A stretch of DNA of 64,000 nucleotides. It comes from an uncultured Bacilli bacterium. Its GTDB lineage: Bacteria; Bacillota_I; Bacilli_A; RF39; UBA660. The notes beneath the pieces are model-generated. The model saw nothing but the letters and a program-made list of their open reading frames with translations, searched no databases and had not been told where the DNA came from. Below are positions 52,782 to 61,572 of the stretch, piece by piece (the stretch's first letter is position 1; each line of letters starts with the position of its first letter). The stretch spans positions 37,141 to 101,140 of the forward strand of contig CAKOWQ010000003.1 of the NCBI GenBank assembly GCA_934122395.1. Direction: 5' to 3'. The position numbers and the translations under genes were made by a program.

Positions 52782-54038
52782 ATGCGAAAGATAAAGGCTA
52801 GACATATAGTTATATTTATTTTAACTTCTATAGGCGTACTTTCTATTTTTTTAGGAGTATTTGTATCTATTTACTATCAAGAGTTAATGATTGAATACAA
52901 GAATAAAACATATAAAAGTACTTATATTAATGATTACAGTTTTTCTGATGTTAATTTTAATAAATTAGAAGGAAAAGTTAATACTTTAATTAACAATGCT
53001 TTAAATAAAGATATAAATTTTATATATAATGGCAAAACAGTTAAATATAAATTAAAAGATTTCGAACCAATTATAGATGTTGATTCTGTTATTAATAAAA
53101 TAAAAGAAGATAGTAAAAATGCTTCATATTCTGATAAAATCAAATTAATAAAAGGCGAATCTTTAAGAAAGTATTCTTTGAATGTTAATTTTGTAGATGA
53201 AAAAATTGAAGCAATAATAAAGGATTTAGCAAGTAAAGTTAATTGCGATGTTAAAGAAGAAAAATTAGTATTAAATCCCGAACATGTTGTAGTATTTGAT
53301 GCTGGTAGTGATGGATATAAAATGGACATTGAAAAAACCAAGCAAGATTTAGTTAGTTATTTGAATAGTGAAAAAAGTAAATTTATTAGTGACGAAGACA
53401 ATTTTAATGTTGAAATATCGGGTGCCGTAATAAAAAAGAAAGAAACAAAATTATCTTTGATAAATAAAAAAATATCTACTTTTTCAACGGATTTTAATAA
53501 TTATGGTAATAGAGGACAAAATATTGAAATAGCAGTAAGTAAGCTTAATGGTACTTTATTAGAAAAAGATCAAGTATTTTCTTTTAGACAAGTAGTAGGG
53601 CCTTATACATGTGATAACGGTTATAAAGTGGCTCCTGTTCAATCAAGTTCTGGATATGGTTGTGGTGGAGGAGTGTGTCAAGTATCTACTACACTATATA
53701 ATGCTCAATTACTAGCAGGATTACAAACAGTTGTGAGGTATAATCATGGTTATGCTGTTAACTATGTTCCAAAAGGACAAGATGCTACTGTAGGAGGAGA
53801 TTGGGTCGATTATCAATTTAAAAATCAATATGATTATCCGATATATATTGTTGGGTATGTTGAAAATAATAAAGTTGTTATTGATATTTGGTCTAATGAT
53901 GATGCATTACAAGGTAAGAAGTTTATAGTTACTTCTAATAGAGTTGCATCTGGTGGATATGAGACTTATTTATCTACTTATCAAGGAGATCAACTAATTA
54001 GTAGAGTATTACTTCATACTTCATATTATTTGGGTTAA
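52782..54038 (+). CDS. VanW family protein
   Basis: N-terminal TM helix. The C-terminal block FSFRQVVGPYT..GYKVAP...GGGVCQVSTTLYNA......HGYAVNYVPKGQDATV is the VanW-domain signature. Confidence 0.8.
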   Translation: MRKIKARHIVIFILTSIGVLSIFLGVFVSIYYQELMIEYKNKTYKSTYINDYSFSDVNFNKLEGKVNTLINNALNKDINFIYNGKTVKYKLKDFEPIIDVDSVINKIKEDSKNASYSDKIKLIKGESLRKYSLNVNFVDEKIEAIIKDLASKVNCDVKEEKLVLNPEHVVVFDAGSDGYKMDIEKTKQDLVSYLNSEKSKFISDEDNFNVEISGAVIKKKETKLSLINKKISTFSTDFNNYGNRGQNIEIAVSKLNGTLLEKDQVFSFRQVVGPYTCDNGYKVAPVQSSSGYGCGGGVCQVSTTLYNAQLLAGLQTVVRYNHGYAVNYVPKGQDATVGGDWVDYQFKNQYDYPIYIVGYVENNKVVIDIWSNDDALQGKKFIVTSNRVASGGYETYLSTYQGDQLISRVLLHTSYYLG

Positions 54039-54040
54039 TA

Positions 54041-54072
54041 AAAAGACTTTACAAAAAATGTAAAGTCTTTTT
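54041..54072. terminator. Bidirectional Rho-independent terminator between convergent genes
   Basis: A 13-bp stem aaaagactttaca/tgtaaagtctttt with an A5 loop. Confidence 0.85.
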
Positions 54073-54073
54073 T

Positions 54074-54589
54074 CTATCCAATAATTCCTTTTAATAATCC
54101 ATACGATAGTATCATCATAATAATTCCTGCTCCAGCAACACCTAGTGTAATTGCTAAGAAAGATTTCTTTTTATCCATATCTAACATAGCTGCTATTAAA
54201 GCACCAGTCCATGCTCCTGTTCCAGGAAGAGGTATTGCTACAAATAGGAATAATCCCCAATAACCATATTTTTCTATTTGACCTTTTTTCTTTTCTACTT
54301 TAGCTTCCATTTTATCTACTATTTTACCTAGATGTTTAGTCTTTTTGAATTGTTTAAATATCCATCTTATTAATAATAAGATAAAAGGAATTGGTAAAAG
54401 GTTAAAGATATAACATACAATAAAACTTAATAAACCATCTAAATTTAATAATGCTGCTGCAATTAATCCTCCACGTAGTTCTATAATTGGTAGCATAGAT
54501 AGTATTGCTATTATTGCTATTTTTCCTAATTCACTATTTTTGTTACCTCCAAAGAGTTTTACAAAAAAGTTTACTAATTTTTCTGTCAT
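54074..54589 (-). CDS. Small multidrug-export-like membrane protein (COG2426 type)
   Basis: SMLPIIELRGGLIAA and IPLPGTGAWTGALIA blocks, four TM helices, 171 aa. The family assignment is from memory. Confidence 0.55.
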   Translation of the reverse strand: MTEKLVNFFVKLFGGNKNSELGKIAIIAILSMLPIIELRGGLIAAALLNLDGLLSFIVCYIFNLLPIPFILLLIRWIFKQFKKTKHLGKIVDKMEAKVEKKKGQIEKYGYWGLFLFVAIPLPGTGAWTGALIAAMLDMDKKKSFLAITLGVAGAGIIMMILSYGLLKGIIG

Positions 54590-54697
54590 AATAATTCCTT
54601 TCTTTTATTCTTCTTTATAATTATATGATATTAAATAGCTAGGGTCAAATAATTTCATTAGTTAAAAATAAAAACATATAATTTAAAAGGTGATAGT

Positions 54698-55309
54698 GTG
54701 GATAATTATGTATTAAATTTAATTGGTAATTTTGGATATTTTGGAATGTTTTTAGGCATGGTTTTAGAAGCAGTTATAATTATAATTCCAAGTGAACTTA
54801 TATTAGCTACAGGTGGAATACTAGCAGGAAGTGGTATTTTTTCGTTTTGGGGTGCTTTTATTACAGGTCTTTTAGGTAGCGTTTTTTGTGCAGTTATCAT
54901 TTATTATATGGGATATTGTGGTGGAAAAGAATTTGCTAAAAAATATGGAAAATATTTTTTTATGAAGGATAACGAAATAGAAAAGAGTAATTCTTGGTAT
55001 GACAAATATGGACTTATTGCTTCTTGCATTGGAAGAAATGTTCCTATTGTAAGAACATTAGTATCTCTTCCTATTGGTATTGCAAGACTATCCTTTAAAA
55101 AGTTTTTAATATATACAACGATAGGTAGTATTCCTTGGACTTTTGTTTTTGTTTATTTCGGATATACTCTAGGTAATAATTGGGTTATTCTAGAACAAAT
55201 TACTTCTAGAATAAAAGTACCTATTAGAATATTATTAATTATATTAGTACTATCATGGTTATATAAAATGATAAAGAATTTTATTTCAATTAAAAAAAAT
55301 AATACATAA
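54698..55309 (+). CDS. DedA/SNARE-associated family membrane protein
   Basis: GYFGMFLGMVLEAV.IIIPSELIL..GG and the R.VPIVRTLVSLPIG block are typical of DedA. GTG start with SD aaaggtga. Confidence 0.75.
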   Translation: MDNYVLNLIGNFGYFGMFLGMVLEAVIIIIPSELILATGGILAGSGIFSFWGAFITGLLGSVFCAVIIYYMGYCGGKEFAKKYGKYFFMKDNEIEKSNSWYDKYGLIASCIGRNVPIVRTLVSLPIGIARLSFKKFLIYTTIGSIPWTFVFVYFGYTLGNNWVILEQITSRIKVPIRILLIILVLSWLYKMIKNFISIKKNNT

Positions 55310-55315
55310 CTTGTA

Positions 55316-56791
55316 TTATTTTATACTTATATTATAAACGCTTGGACCTTTTATAGCTTTACCATCAATATCGAATCTAGATCCATGACAAGGACAATCC
55401 CAAGTTTTATCTGTTGTATTAAAAATTAAATTGCATTTCATATGGGGACATATATTAGAAACAATATGTTCTTTATTATTTTCGTCAATATAAATGCCAC
55501 ACTTTTTGCCATCACGCATTTCTACTTTTACATTTTTAGGATAAAACTTATAATTATTTTTAAACTTTCCACAAACAAACGACATACCATTCTCAAAATT
55601 ATATCCAATAGTATTAATTATTTTGGTAGGAGTTGTGCAACGTCTAGGGTCGAATAAATATGAATATTTATTATCCTTCTTTTTAATTAAATCGCTCAAA
55701 ATTTTACCTGCAATAGTTCCATTAGTCATTCCCCAAGTATTAAAACCTGTTCCAATTAATAAATTAGGATTATTTTTTTCATAGTATCCAATAATAGGTA
55801 ATCCGTCAGGTGTTATAACATCATAATTAAACCAATAATATTTTATGTCTTTTGTAAGATGCGATTTAACATGCCATAATAGTTCATTATATTTTTTTCC
55901 ATTATCTATATTATCTTTCAATGTATTAGAAAGTCCAACATAAATTATATAATCTTTTGAATCAGAATAATATCTAATAGAATGTTTACCATCTATACTT
56001 ATAGCGTTAAACATTTTATTCTTCTCAATTAATCCACTTGTTACGAATGACTTTTCTAAATAAGTTTTAAAAGGAAAAAGTCCAGGGGTTAAGAAGAATG
56101 GATAATGACAAGCAAGAACTACCTTTTTAGTTCTAATTGCATATTTTTCTGTTTTAACTATATAAAACTCGTCATCTTTATACATATCTATAGCTTTAGT
56201 TTTTTCGTATATATGAATATTTTTCTGTTTAAGAAGTACCTCTTTTAAGCCTAATATATATTTAACAGGATTAAATACTGCTGTATCATTAACTTTTAGA
56301 CTGTATTTACAAGGATATTTAATTGGAATGTTTTTACTTAATTTATAATCTATTTTAGCTTTAGATAATATTTTGGCAGTAGTTGCTATTTTAGAAACGT
56401 CTTGTTCTTTATCAGTAAATATATAAGAACTGTTACTTTCAAAATTACATTTAATGTTATATTCTAAAATATTATTTTTTACTAGATTTATTGCATCTTT
56501 CTGACTGTTTATGTAATTGGTGGTGGCATTATAACCATAATTATTTTTAATTTTATTTAATAGGGAATCTTGAAGATATGTTAACTTACCAGTTGTTTTA
56601 GCTGTAGTTCCATGTGCTATCTTATTACTATCTATTATAGTTATATTTAACTTAGTATCTTTTAAATAAAATGCTGTAGTAATTCCTGTTATTCCACCTC
56701 CAATAATTAGTACATCGGTAGTTATATTTTCTTTTAATTGTGGTAATAGCTTAGTTTTAATACCTTTTAACCATATTGAACTATTATTCAT
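55316..56791 (-). CDS. FAD-dependent oxidoreductase fused to a C-terminal Rieske [2Fe-2S] domain (YhfW-like)
   Basis: N-terminal dinucleotide fold DVLIIGGGITGITTA. C-terminal CPHMKC...(17 aa)...CPCHGSRF Rieske motif. The start is taken at MNNSS, preceded by ggtga. Confidence 0.8.
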   Translation of the reverse strand: MNNSSIWLKGIKTKLLPQLKENITTDVLIIGGGITGITTAFYLKDTKLNITIIDSNKIAHGTTAKTTGKLTYLQDSLLNKIKNNYGYNATTNYINSQKDAINLVKNNILEYNIKCNFESNSSYIFTDKEQDVSKIATTAKILSKAKIDYKLSKNIPIKYPCKYSLKVNDTAVFNPVKYILGLKEVLLKQKNIHIYEKTKAIDMYKDDEFYIVKTEKYAIRTKKVVLACHYPFFLTPGLFPFKTYLEKSFVTSGLIEKNKMFNAISIDGKHSIRYYSDSKDYIIYVGLSNTLKDNIDNGKKYNELLWHVKSHLTKDIKYYWFNYDVITPDGLPIIGYYEKNNPNLLIGTGFNTWGMTNGTIAGKILSDLIKKKDNKYSYLFDPRRCTTPTKIINTIGYNFENGMSFVCGKFKNNYKFYPKNVKVEMRDGKKCGIYIDENNKEHIVSNICPHMKCNLIFNTTDKTWDCPCHGSRFDIDGKAIKGPSVYNISIK

Positions 56792-56919
56792 TTGAATCAC
56801 CATTATATAGTGATGTTTATTCTTAATAATTATACATTAAAGTATTTTATAAGGCTAAAATATTGATTTTCTCGTAATTTGTGGTATAATTTAAAAAGTT
56901 TTTAAAGGGAAGTGTAATT

Positions 56920-58731
56920 ATGAAAAAGAGAAATATAGCAATTATAGCGCATGTTGACCATGGTAAAACTACATTAGTAGATGAAATATTAAAAACAAGT
57001 GGAACATTTCGTGATAATGAAGATTTAAGTAATGTTACTATGGATTCCAACCAAATAGAAAAAGAACGTGGTATTACTATTTTAGCTAAAACTACAGCAG
57101 TAGATTATAATGGATATCGTATTAATATATTAGATACTCCAGGACATGCTGACTTTGGTGGTGAAGTAGAACGTATCATGAACATGGTTGATGGTGTTTT
57201 ATTAGTAGTTGATGCTTATGAAGGTACTATGCCTCAAACTAGATTCGTATTAAAAAAAGCACTAGAAGCACATGTAAAACCAATTGTTGTAATTAACAAA
57301 GTAGATAAAGAATCTGCAAGATGTAAAGAAGTACTTGATGAAGTATTAGATTTATTTATTGATTTAGGTGCTGATGAAGATTGGCTAGACTTTAAAGTAG
57401 TTTATGCATCTGCTATTAATGGAACTTGTAGTTTAAGTGATGATTTAAGTACACAAACACCAGGATTTACTGAATTACTTGATTTAATTATTAGTGAAAT
57501 CCCTGCACCAAGTGGAGATCCTAATCTTGATTTACAATTTCAACCAGCATTATTAGATTATAATGATTATGTAGGAAGAATTGGTATTGGTAGAGTTCAT
57601 AATGGTAAAATTAAAGTAGGTCAAATGGTTGACTGTATGAGACTTGATGGTTCAGTTAAACAATTTAGAGTACAAAAATTATTTGGATATTTAGGATTAA
57701 AAAGAATTGAAATAGAAGAAGCAGAAGCAGGAGATATATGCGCTGTAGCAGGACTTATGGATATTTCTGTAGGTGAAACTTTATGTGAAGCAGGTAAGAG
57801 AAATCCATTACCAATATTACATATAGATGAACCAACACTTCAAATGACTTTCGGTGTTAATACTTCTCCATTTGTTGGTAGGGAAGGTAAAATATTAACA
57901 GCAAGAAAAATAGAAGAACGTTTAATTAAAGAAACTCAAAGAGATGTAAGTTTAAAAGTTAGACAAAATGATAGTGAATCATGGATTGTATCAGGTCGTG
58001 GTGAACTTCATTTAGGCATTTTAATAGAAAATATGCGTAGAGAAGGATTTGAATTACAAGTATCAAAACCTGCAGTTATCTTAAAAGAAGAAAATGGCGT
58101 TAAAATGGAACCATATGAAGAGTTAATGATCGATGCTCCTGAAGATACCGTAGGTACAGTTATTGAACAATTAGGTACTCGTGGTGCTATTATGGAAAGT
58201 ATGACTAATGTTAATGGACAAGTTAAGATTGTTTATACTATTCCTTCACGTGGATTAATTGGATTTACTACTAACTTCTTAACATTAACTAAAGGTTACG
58301 GTATTATTAACCATACATTTAAAGAGTATCGTCCAGTTGCTAATGTTGAAGTAGGTGAACGTAGTATTGGTGTTCTTGTTTCTATGGAAAATGGTAAAGC
58401 TACTGCTTATGCATTGGGTTCACTTGAAGAACGTGGTGTTATGTTTATTGAACCAGGTACTGAAGTTTATGAAGGTATGATAGTAGGTGAACATAATAGA
58501 GATAATGATTTAGCAGTTAACGTTGTAAAAGGTAAGCAATTAACTAATATGCGTGCTGCTGGTAGTGATAAGACTGTTGTATTAAAACGTCCTAGACCAA
58601 TTCCTTTGGAATATGCACTAGATTATATTAATTCAGATGAATTAGTAGAAATTACACCTTTAAGTATAAGACTTAGAAAAAGAATACTAAATACAGAGTT
58701 AAGAAAAAAAGCTGAAGCTAGAAACCAATAA
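56920..58731 (+). CDS. typA: Translational GTPase TypA/BipA
   Basis: [32 protein letters not shown] and NKVDK. Length 603 aa with EF-G-like domains. Confidence 0.93.
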   Translation: MKKRNIAIIAHVDHGKTTLVDEILKTSGTFRDNEDLSNVTMDSNQIEKERGITILAKTTAVDYNGYRINILDTPGHADFGGEVERIMNMVDGVLLVVDAYEGTMPQTRFVLKKALEAHVKPIVVINKVDKESARCKEVLDEVLDLFIDLGADEDWLDFKVVYASAINGTCSLSDDLSTQTPGFTELLDLIISEIPAPSGDPNLDLQFQPALLDYNDYVGRIGIGRVHNGKIKVGQMVDCMRLDGSVKQFRVQKLFGYLGLKRIEIEEAEAGDICAVAGLMDISVGETLCEAGKRNPLPILHIDEPTLQMTFGVNTSPFVGREGKILTARKIEERLIKETQRDVSLKVRQNDSESWIVSGRGELHLGILIENMRREGFELQVSKPAVILKEENGVKMEPYEELMIDAPEDTVGTVIEQLGTRGAIMESMTNVNGQVKIVYTIPSRGLIGFTTNFLTLTKGYGIINHTFKEYRPVANVEVGERSIGVLVSMENGKATAYALGSLEERGVMFIEPGTEVYEGMIVGEHNRDNDLAVNVVKGKQLTNMRAAGSDKTVVLKRPRPIPLEYALDYINSDELVEITPLSIRLRKRILNTELRKKAEARNQ

Positions 58732-58740
58732 TATAAATTA

Positions 58741-58779
58741 AAATGATGAAAACTAATTTGTTTTTTCATCATTTTTTTG
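58741..58779 (+). terminator. Rho-independent terminator after typA
   Basis: aaatgatgaaaa ... ttttcatcattt followed by a T-run. Confidence 0.8.
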
Positions 58780-58813
58780 TTATACTAATAATATGTGGAA
58801 AGGATATGATTAT

Positions 58814-59353
58814 ATGGTAAAAGAACTTAAAACAAAGAAAGAGAAGTTAAGAGAAATTCCTAGAAAAAATTATATTATAGTTGGAGTTATATTTGTTGTA
58901 ACTATTATTTTAGTTTTCTTTTTAAGAAGTTGGTATATATCATATCAGGATTATGCTAAAACTATTCCAGTATTAAAGGGAGTTGTTAGTGAAGTGAGAT
59001 ATAATGAAGTTCATAATTACATAAGCGATAATCAAACAGTAATACTTTATATGGGGGTTGCTGATGATGAAGATTGCCGTAGTTTAGAAGTGTCTTTAAA
59101 GAGGCTTATTCAAAAAAGACATTTAAAAGATAAAATTGTTTATTTCAATATTACTGATGTAGCAGATAAAGATTTATTATTAAAAGAGATAAATGACAAG
59201 TATATTGTTAATGATAAGATCTATTCTTATCCTGCTATTATGTTGTTTGAAGATGGAAAGATAGTTGACTTCAAGAGTAAAAATGCTAATAGTAATTTAC
59301 TAATAAGTGATGTAGAACAAATTTTGGATGAATATGAAGTACATGGTGATTAG
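58814..59353 (+). CDS. Membrane-anchored hypothetical protein, possibly thioredoxin-fold but without CxxC
   Basis: One TM helix (YIIVGVIFVVTIILVFFL) followed by an alpha/beta-like domain (TVILYMGVADDEDC...YPAIMLFEDGKIVDF). No CxxC motif. The start is chosen 9 nt after aaagga. Confidence 0.45.
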   Translation: MVKELKTKKEKLREIPRKNYIIVGVIFVVTIILVFFLRSWYISYQDYAKTIPVLKGVVSEVRYNEVHNYISDNQTVILYMGVADDEDCRSLEVSLKRLIQKRHLKDKIVYFNITDVADKDLLLKEINDKYIVNDKIYSYPAIMLFEDGKIVDFKSKNANSNLLISDVEQILDEYEVHGD

Positions 59354-59355
59354 TT

Positions 59356-59865
59356 ATGTTAAATGTTGTGTTATATGAACCTGAGATACCTGGCAATACG
59401 GGTAATATTATGCGTACTTGTGTTGCTACTGGTACTAAATTACATTTGATTGAACCACTTGGTTTTTCACTTGATGAAAAGCATTTAATAAGAAGTGGTG
59501 TTAATTATATAGATAAATTAGATTATACTGTTTATAAGAATTTTGATGATTTTGCAAGTAAAAATAAAGGCACTTATTATTACTTTACTAGATATGGTCA
59601 TAAACCTCATACTAGTTTTGATTATTCTAATAAAGATGAGAATATTTATTTAATATTTGGAAAAGAATCAACAGGAATTCCTAAAGAAATATTAAGACAT
59701 GATTTAGATAGATGTATGCGTATTCCAATGACAAGTAACGTTAGAGCATTAAATTTATCTAATTGTGTTGCTATAGTGGTTTATGAAGCACTAAGACAGC
59801 AGAATTATCGAGATTTATTATTTGAAGAACCTCATAAAGACAAAGATTTTATTATTTTGGATTAA
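59356..59865 (+). CDS. trmL: tRNA (cytidine/uridine-2'-O)-methyltransferase TrmL (SpoU/TrmH family)
   Basis: LNVVLYEPEIPGNTGNIMRTC, LIFGKESTGIP and LNLSNCVAIVVYEA. About 165 aa. Confidence 0.85.
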   Translation: MLNVVLYEPEIPGNTGNIMRTCVATGTKLHLIEPLGFSLDEKHLIRSGVNYIDKLDYTVYKNFDDFASKNKGTYYYFTRYGHKPHTSFDYSNKDENIYLIFGKESTGIPKEILRHDLDRCMRIPMTSNVRALNLSNCVAIVVYEALRQQNYRDLLFEEPHKDKDFIILD

Positions 59866-59931
59866 AATGTATTGACAACTTAATATTCTAAGTGTTATGA
59901 TGTTATCACTGAGTTGAATTACAACTCATAT

Positions 59932-60007
59932 GGGGCATTAGCTCAGCTGGGAGAGCGCCACGTTTGCACCGTGGAGGTCAGCGGTTCGATCCCGCTATGC
60001 TCCACCA
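59932..60007 (+). tRNA. tRNA-Ala (anticodon TGC)
   Basis: Acceptor ggggcat/atgctcc including the G3:U70 identity pair. D arm agctcagctgggagagc, anticodon stem ccacg/cgtgg with loop tTTGCAc, T loop ttcgatc, encoded CCA. Confidence 0.9.
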
Positions 60008-60019
60008 TATTGAAATTAA

Positions 60020-60042
60020 GCGACTTAGTAAGTCGTTTTTTT
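60020..60042 (+). terminator. Rho-independent terminator after tRNA-Ala
   Basis: gcgactt-agt-aagtcgt followed by T7. Confidence 0.7.
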
Positions 60043-60062
60043 GTTGTATAATAGGTGGTAAT

Positions 60063-60422
60063 ATGATTAATAATGATATTGATAATTTATTTGAAAGGCT
60101 ATCTAAATCTAGTTTTAGAAGTAAATTTAGGCTTAAAGATAAAGATATATTATATGTAAAAGAAAAAGGTATAGATAAGATTAGAAGTCATGCTATAGAC
60201 TTTATTTCTAAAAGATTAGCACCGTGTAATTTACCTAATGATGGAAAACAGACTCCGATGCGTGGACATCCTGTTTTTATTGCTCAACATGCTACTGCTA
60301 CTTGTTGTAGAAGTTGTTTATATAAATGGTATCATATCCTTCCTGATCATGATTTAACTAACAACGAAGTTAATTATATAGTAGATGTAATTATGAAGTG
60401 GATTAATAATCAAATTAAATAA
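60063..60422 (+). CDS. DUF4186-like conserved hypothetical protein
   Basis: ERLSKSSFRSKFRLKDKD...HPVFIAQHATATCCRSCLYKWYHI matches my recollection of DUF4186 proteins. The ATG at 60063 follows aggtggt. The 59964 start in the track overlaps tRNA-Ala. Confidence 0.6.
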   Translation: MINNDIDNLFERLSKSSFRSKFRLKDKDILYVKEKGIDKIRSHAIDFISKRLAPCNLPNDGKQTPMRGHPVFIAQHATATCCRSCLYKWYHILPDHDLTNNEVNYIVDVIMKWINNQIK

Positions 60423-60508
60423 ATGTATTAAAGTGTAAAGCAATTTTGTTACTATATTGCTTTTTTTAATTGGTATGATAAAATATCTTTGAAAAGAGGA
60501 GCGGTATT

Positions 60509-61222
60509 ATGAAAGCGTTAGTAATTATTCCTTGTTACAATGAAGAAAAAAGTATTGTAAATACGGTAAAAAAGATAGAAGATACTAAAATAAAAGGAGT
60601 TACATTAGATTATATAGTTATTAATGATGGATCTAATGATAATACTAAACAAATATTAATAGATAATAAAATTAATTATATAGATTTACCATTTAATTTA
60701 GGAATAGGAGGGGCTGTTCAAACTGGTTATAAATATGCTTATTATAACGATTATGATATAGCTATTCAGTTTGATGGCGATGGCCAACATGATGCTTCTT
60801 ATATAAAAGACTTAATTGATGAAATAAAGAAGGGTAATGATATAGTAATAGGTTCTAGATTTGTAAGTGAATTAAGTACTTTTAAATCTACTAGATTAAG
60901 ACGTCTTGGGATTAATTTTTTATCTAAATTAATTGAGTTTGTAACAGCTAAAAGAATATATGATCCTACTAGTGGATTTAGAGCTTGTAATAAAAAAATA
61001 ATAGAACTATTCTCTTTTAATTATCCAATAGATTATCCTGAACCAGATACTATTGTAACAGTAATAAAAAAGGGATATGAAGTAAGTGAAATTCCAGTAA
61101 AGATGAATAAAAGAGAAAATGGAAAGAGTTCAATTAATCCAATTAAATCTATCTATTATATGATTAAGGTTAGCCTAGCAATAATAATTGCAGCTACATC
61201 TTTTAAGAAAGGAAATGATTAA
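60509..61222 (+). CDS. GT2 polyprenyl-phosphate glycosyltransferase (GtrB/CsbB/DPM1-like)
   Basis: ALVIIPCYNEEKSI, INDGSNDNT and QFDGDGQHD (DxD). About 237 aa and soluble. Confidence 0.8.
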   Translation: MKALVIIPCYNEEKSIVNTVKKIEDTKIKGVTLDYIVINDGSNDNTKQILIDNKINYIDLPFNLGIGGAVQTGYKYAYYNDYDIAIQFDGDGQHDASYIKDLIDEIKKGNDIVIGSRFVSELSTFKSTRLRRLGINFLSKLIEFVTAKRIYDPTSGFRACNKKIIELFSFNYPIDYPEPDTIVTVIKKGYEVSEIPVKMNKRENGKSSINPIKSIYYMIKVSLAIIIAATSFKKGND

Positions 61223-61223
61223 T

Positions 61224-61562
61224 ATGCCAGCAAGACTAGTTGCTATACTTATAATAATTGCATTATTATTTGTTATATATGTATGGCGTAATGTTGTAAA
61301 AAGAAAATTAATTATTAAATATGCGCTTCTTTGGTTACTATTTAGTTTATCAATGATAGTTGCTGTTTTAATACCAGACTTATTAAAAACTATTTGTAAT
61401 TGGGTAGGTATAGCAACGGTATCAAACTTTATATTTTTCTTAGGTTTTGGACTTTTATTATTTATAACATTTGTTTTAAGTGAAATAGTATCTAATCAAA
61501 AAGTTAAAATAACAACTTTAGCTCAAGAAGTTGCAATACTAAAACACCAAGAAAGAAAATAG
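61224..61562 (+). CDS. DUF2304-like small membrane protein
   Basis: Three TM helices, about 112 aa. The position between the GT2 gene and a large membrane protein is typical of this cassette. The ATG at 61224 comes 1 nt after the GT2 stop. Confidence 0.55.
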   Translation: MPARLVAILIIIALLFVIYVWRNVVKRKLIIKYALLWLLFSLSMIVAVLIPDLLKTICNWVGIATVSNFIFFLGFGLLLFITFVLSEIVSNQKVKITTLAQEVAILKHQERK

Positions 61563-61572
61563 GTAATTAATT

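Noticed and set aside
59964-60062. N-terminal extension of ORF 59964-60422, which would begin inside tRNA-Ala.
   Set aside because: The first 33 codons overlap the tRNA-Ala gene and its terminator. A proper SD plus ATG occurs at 60063, where the conserved DUF4186-like sequence begins.
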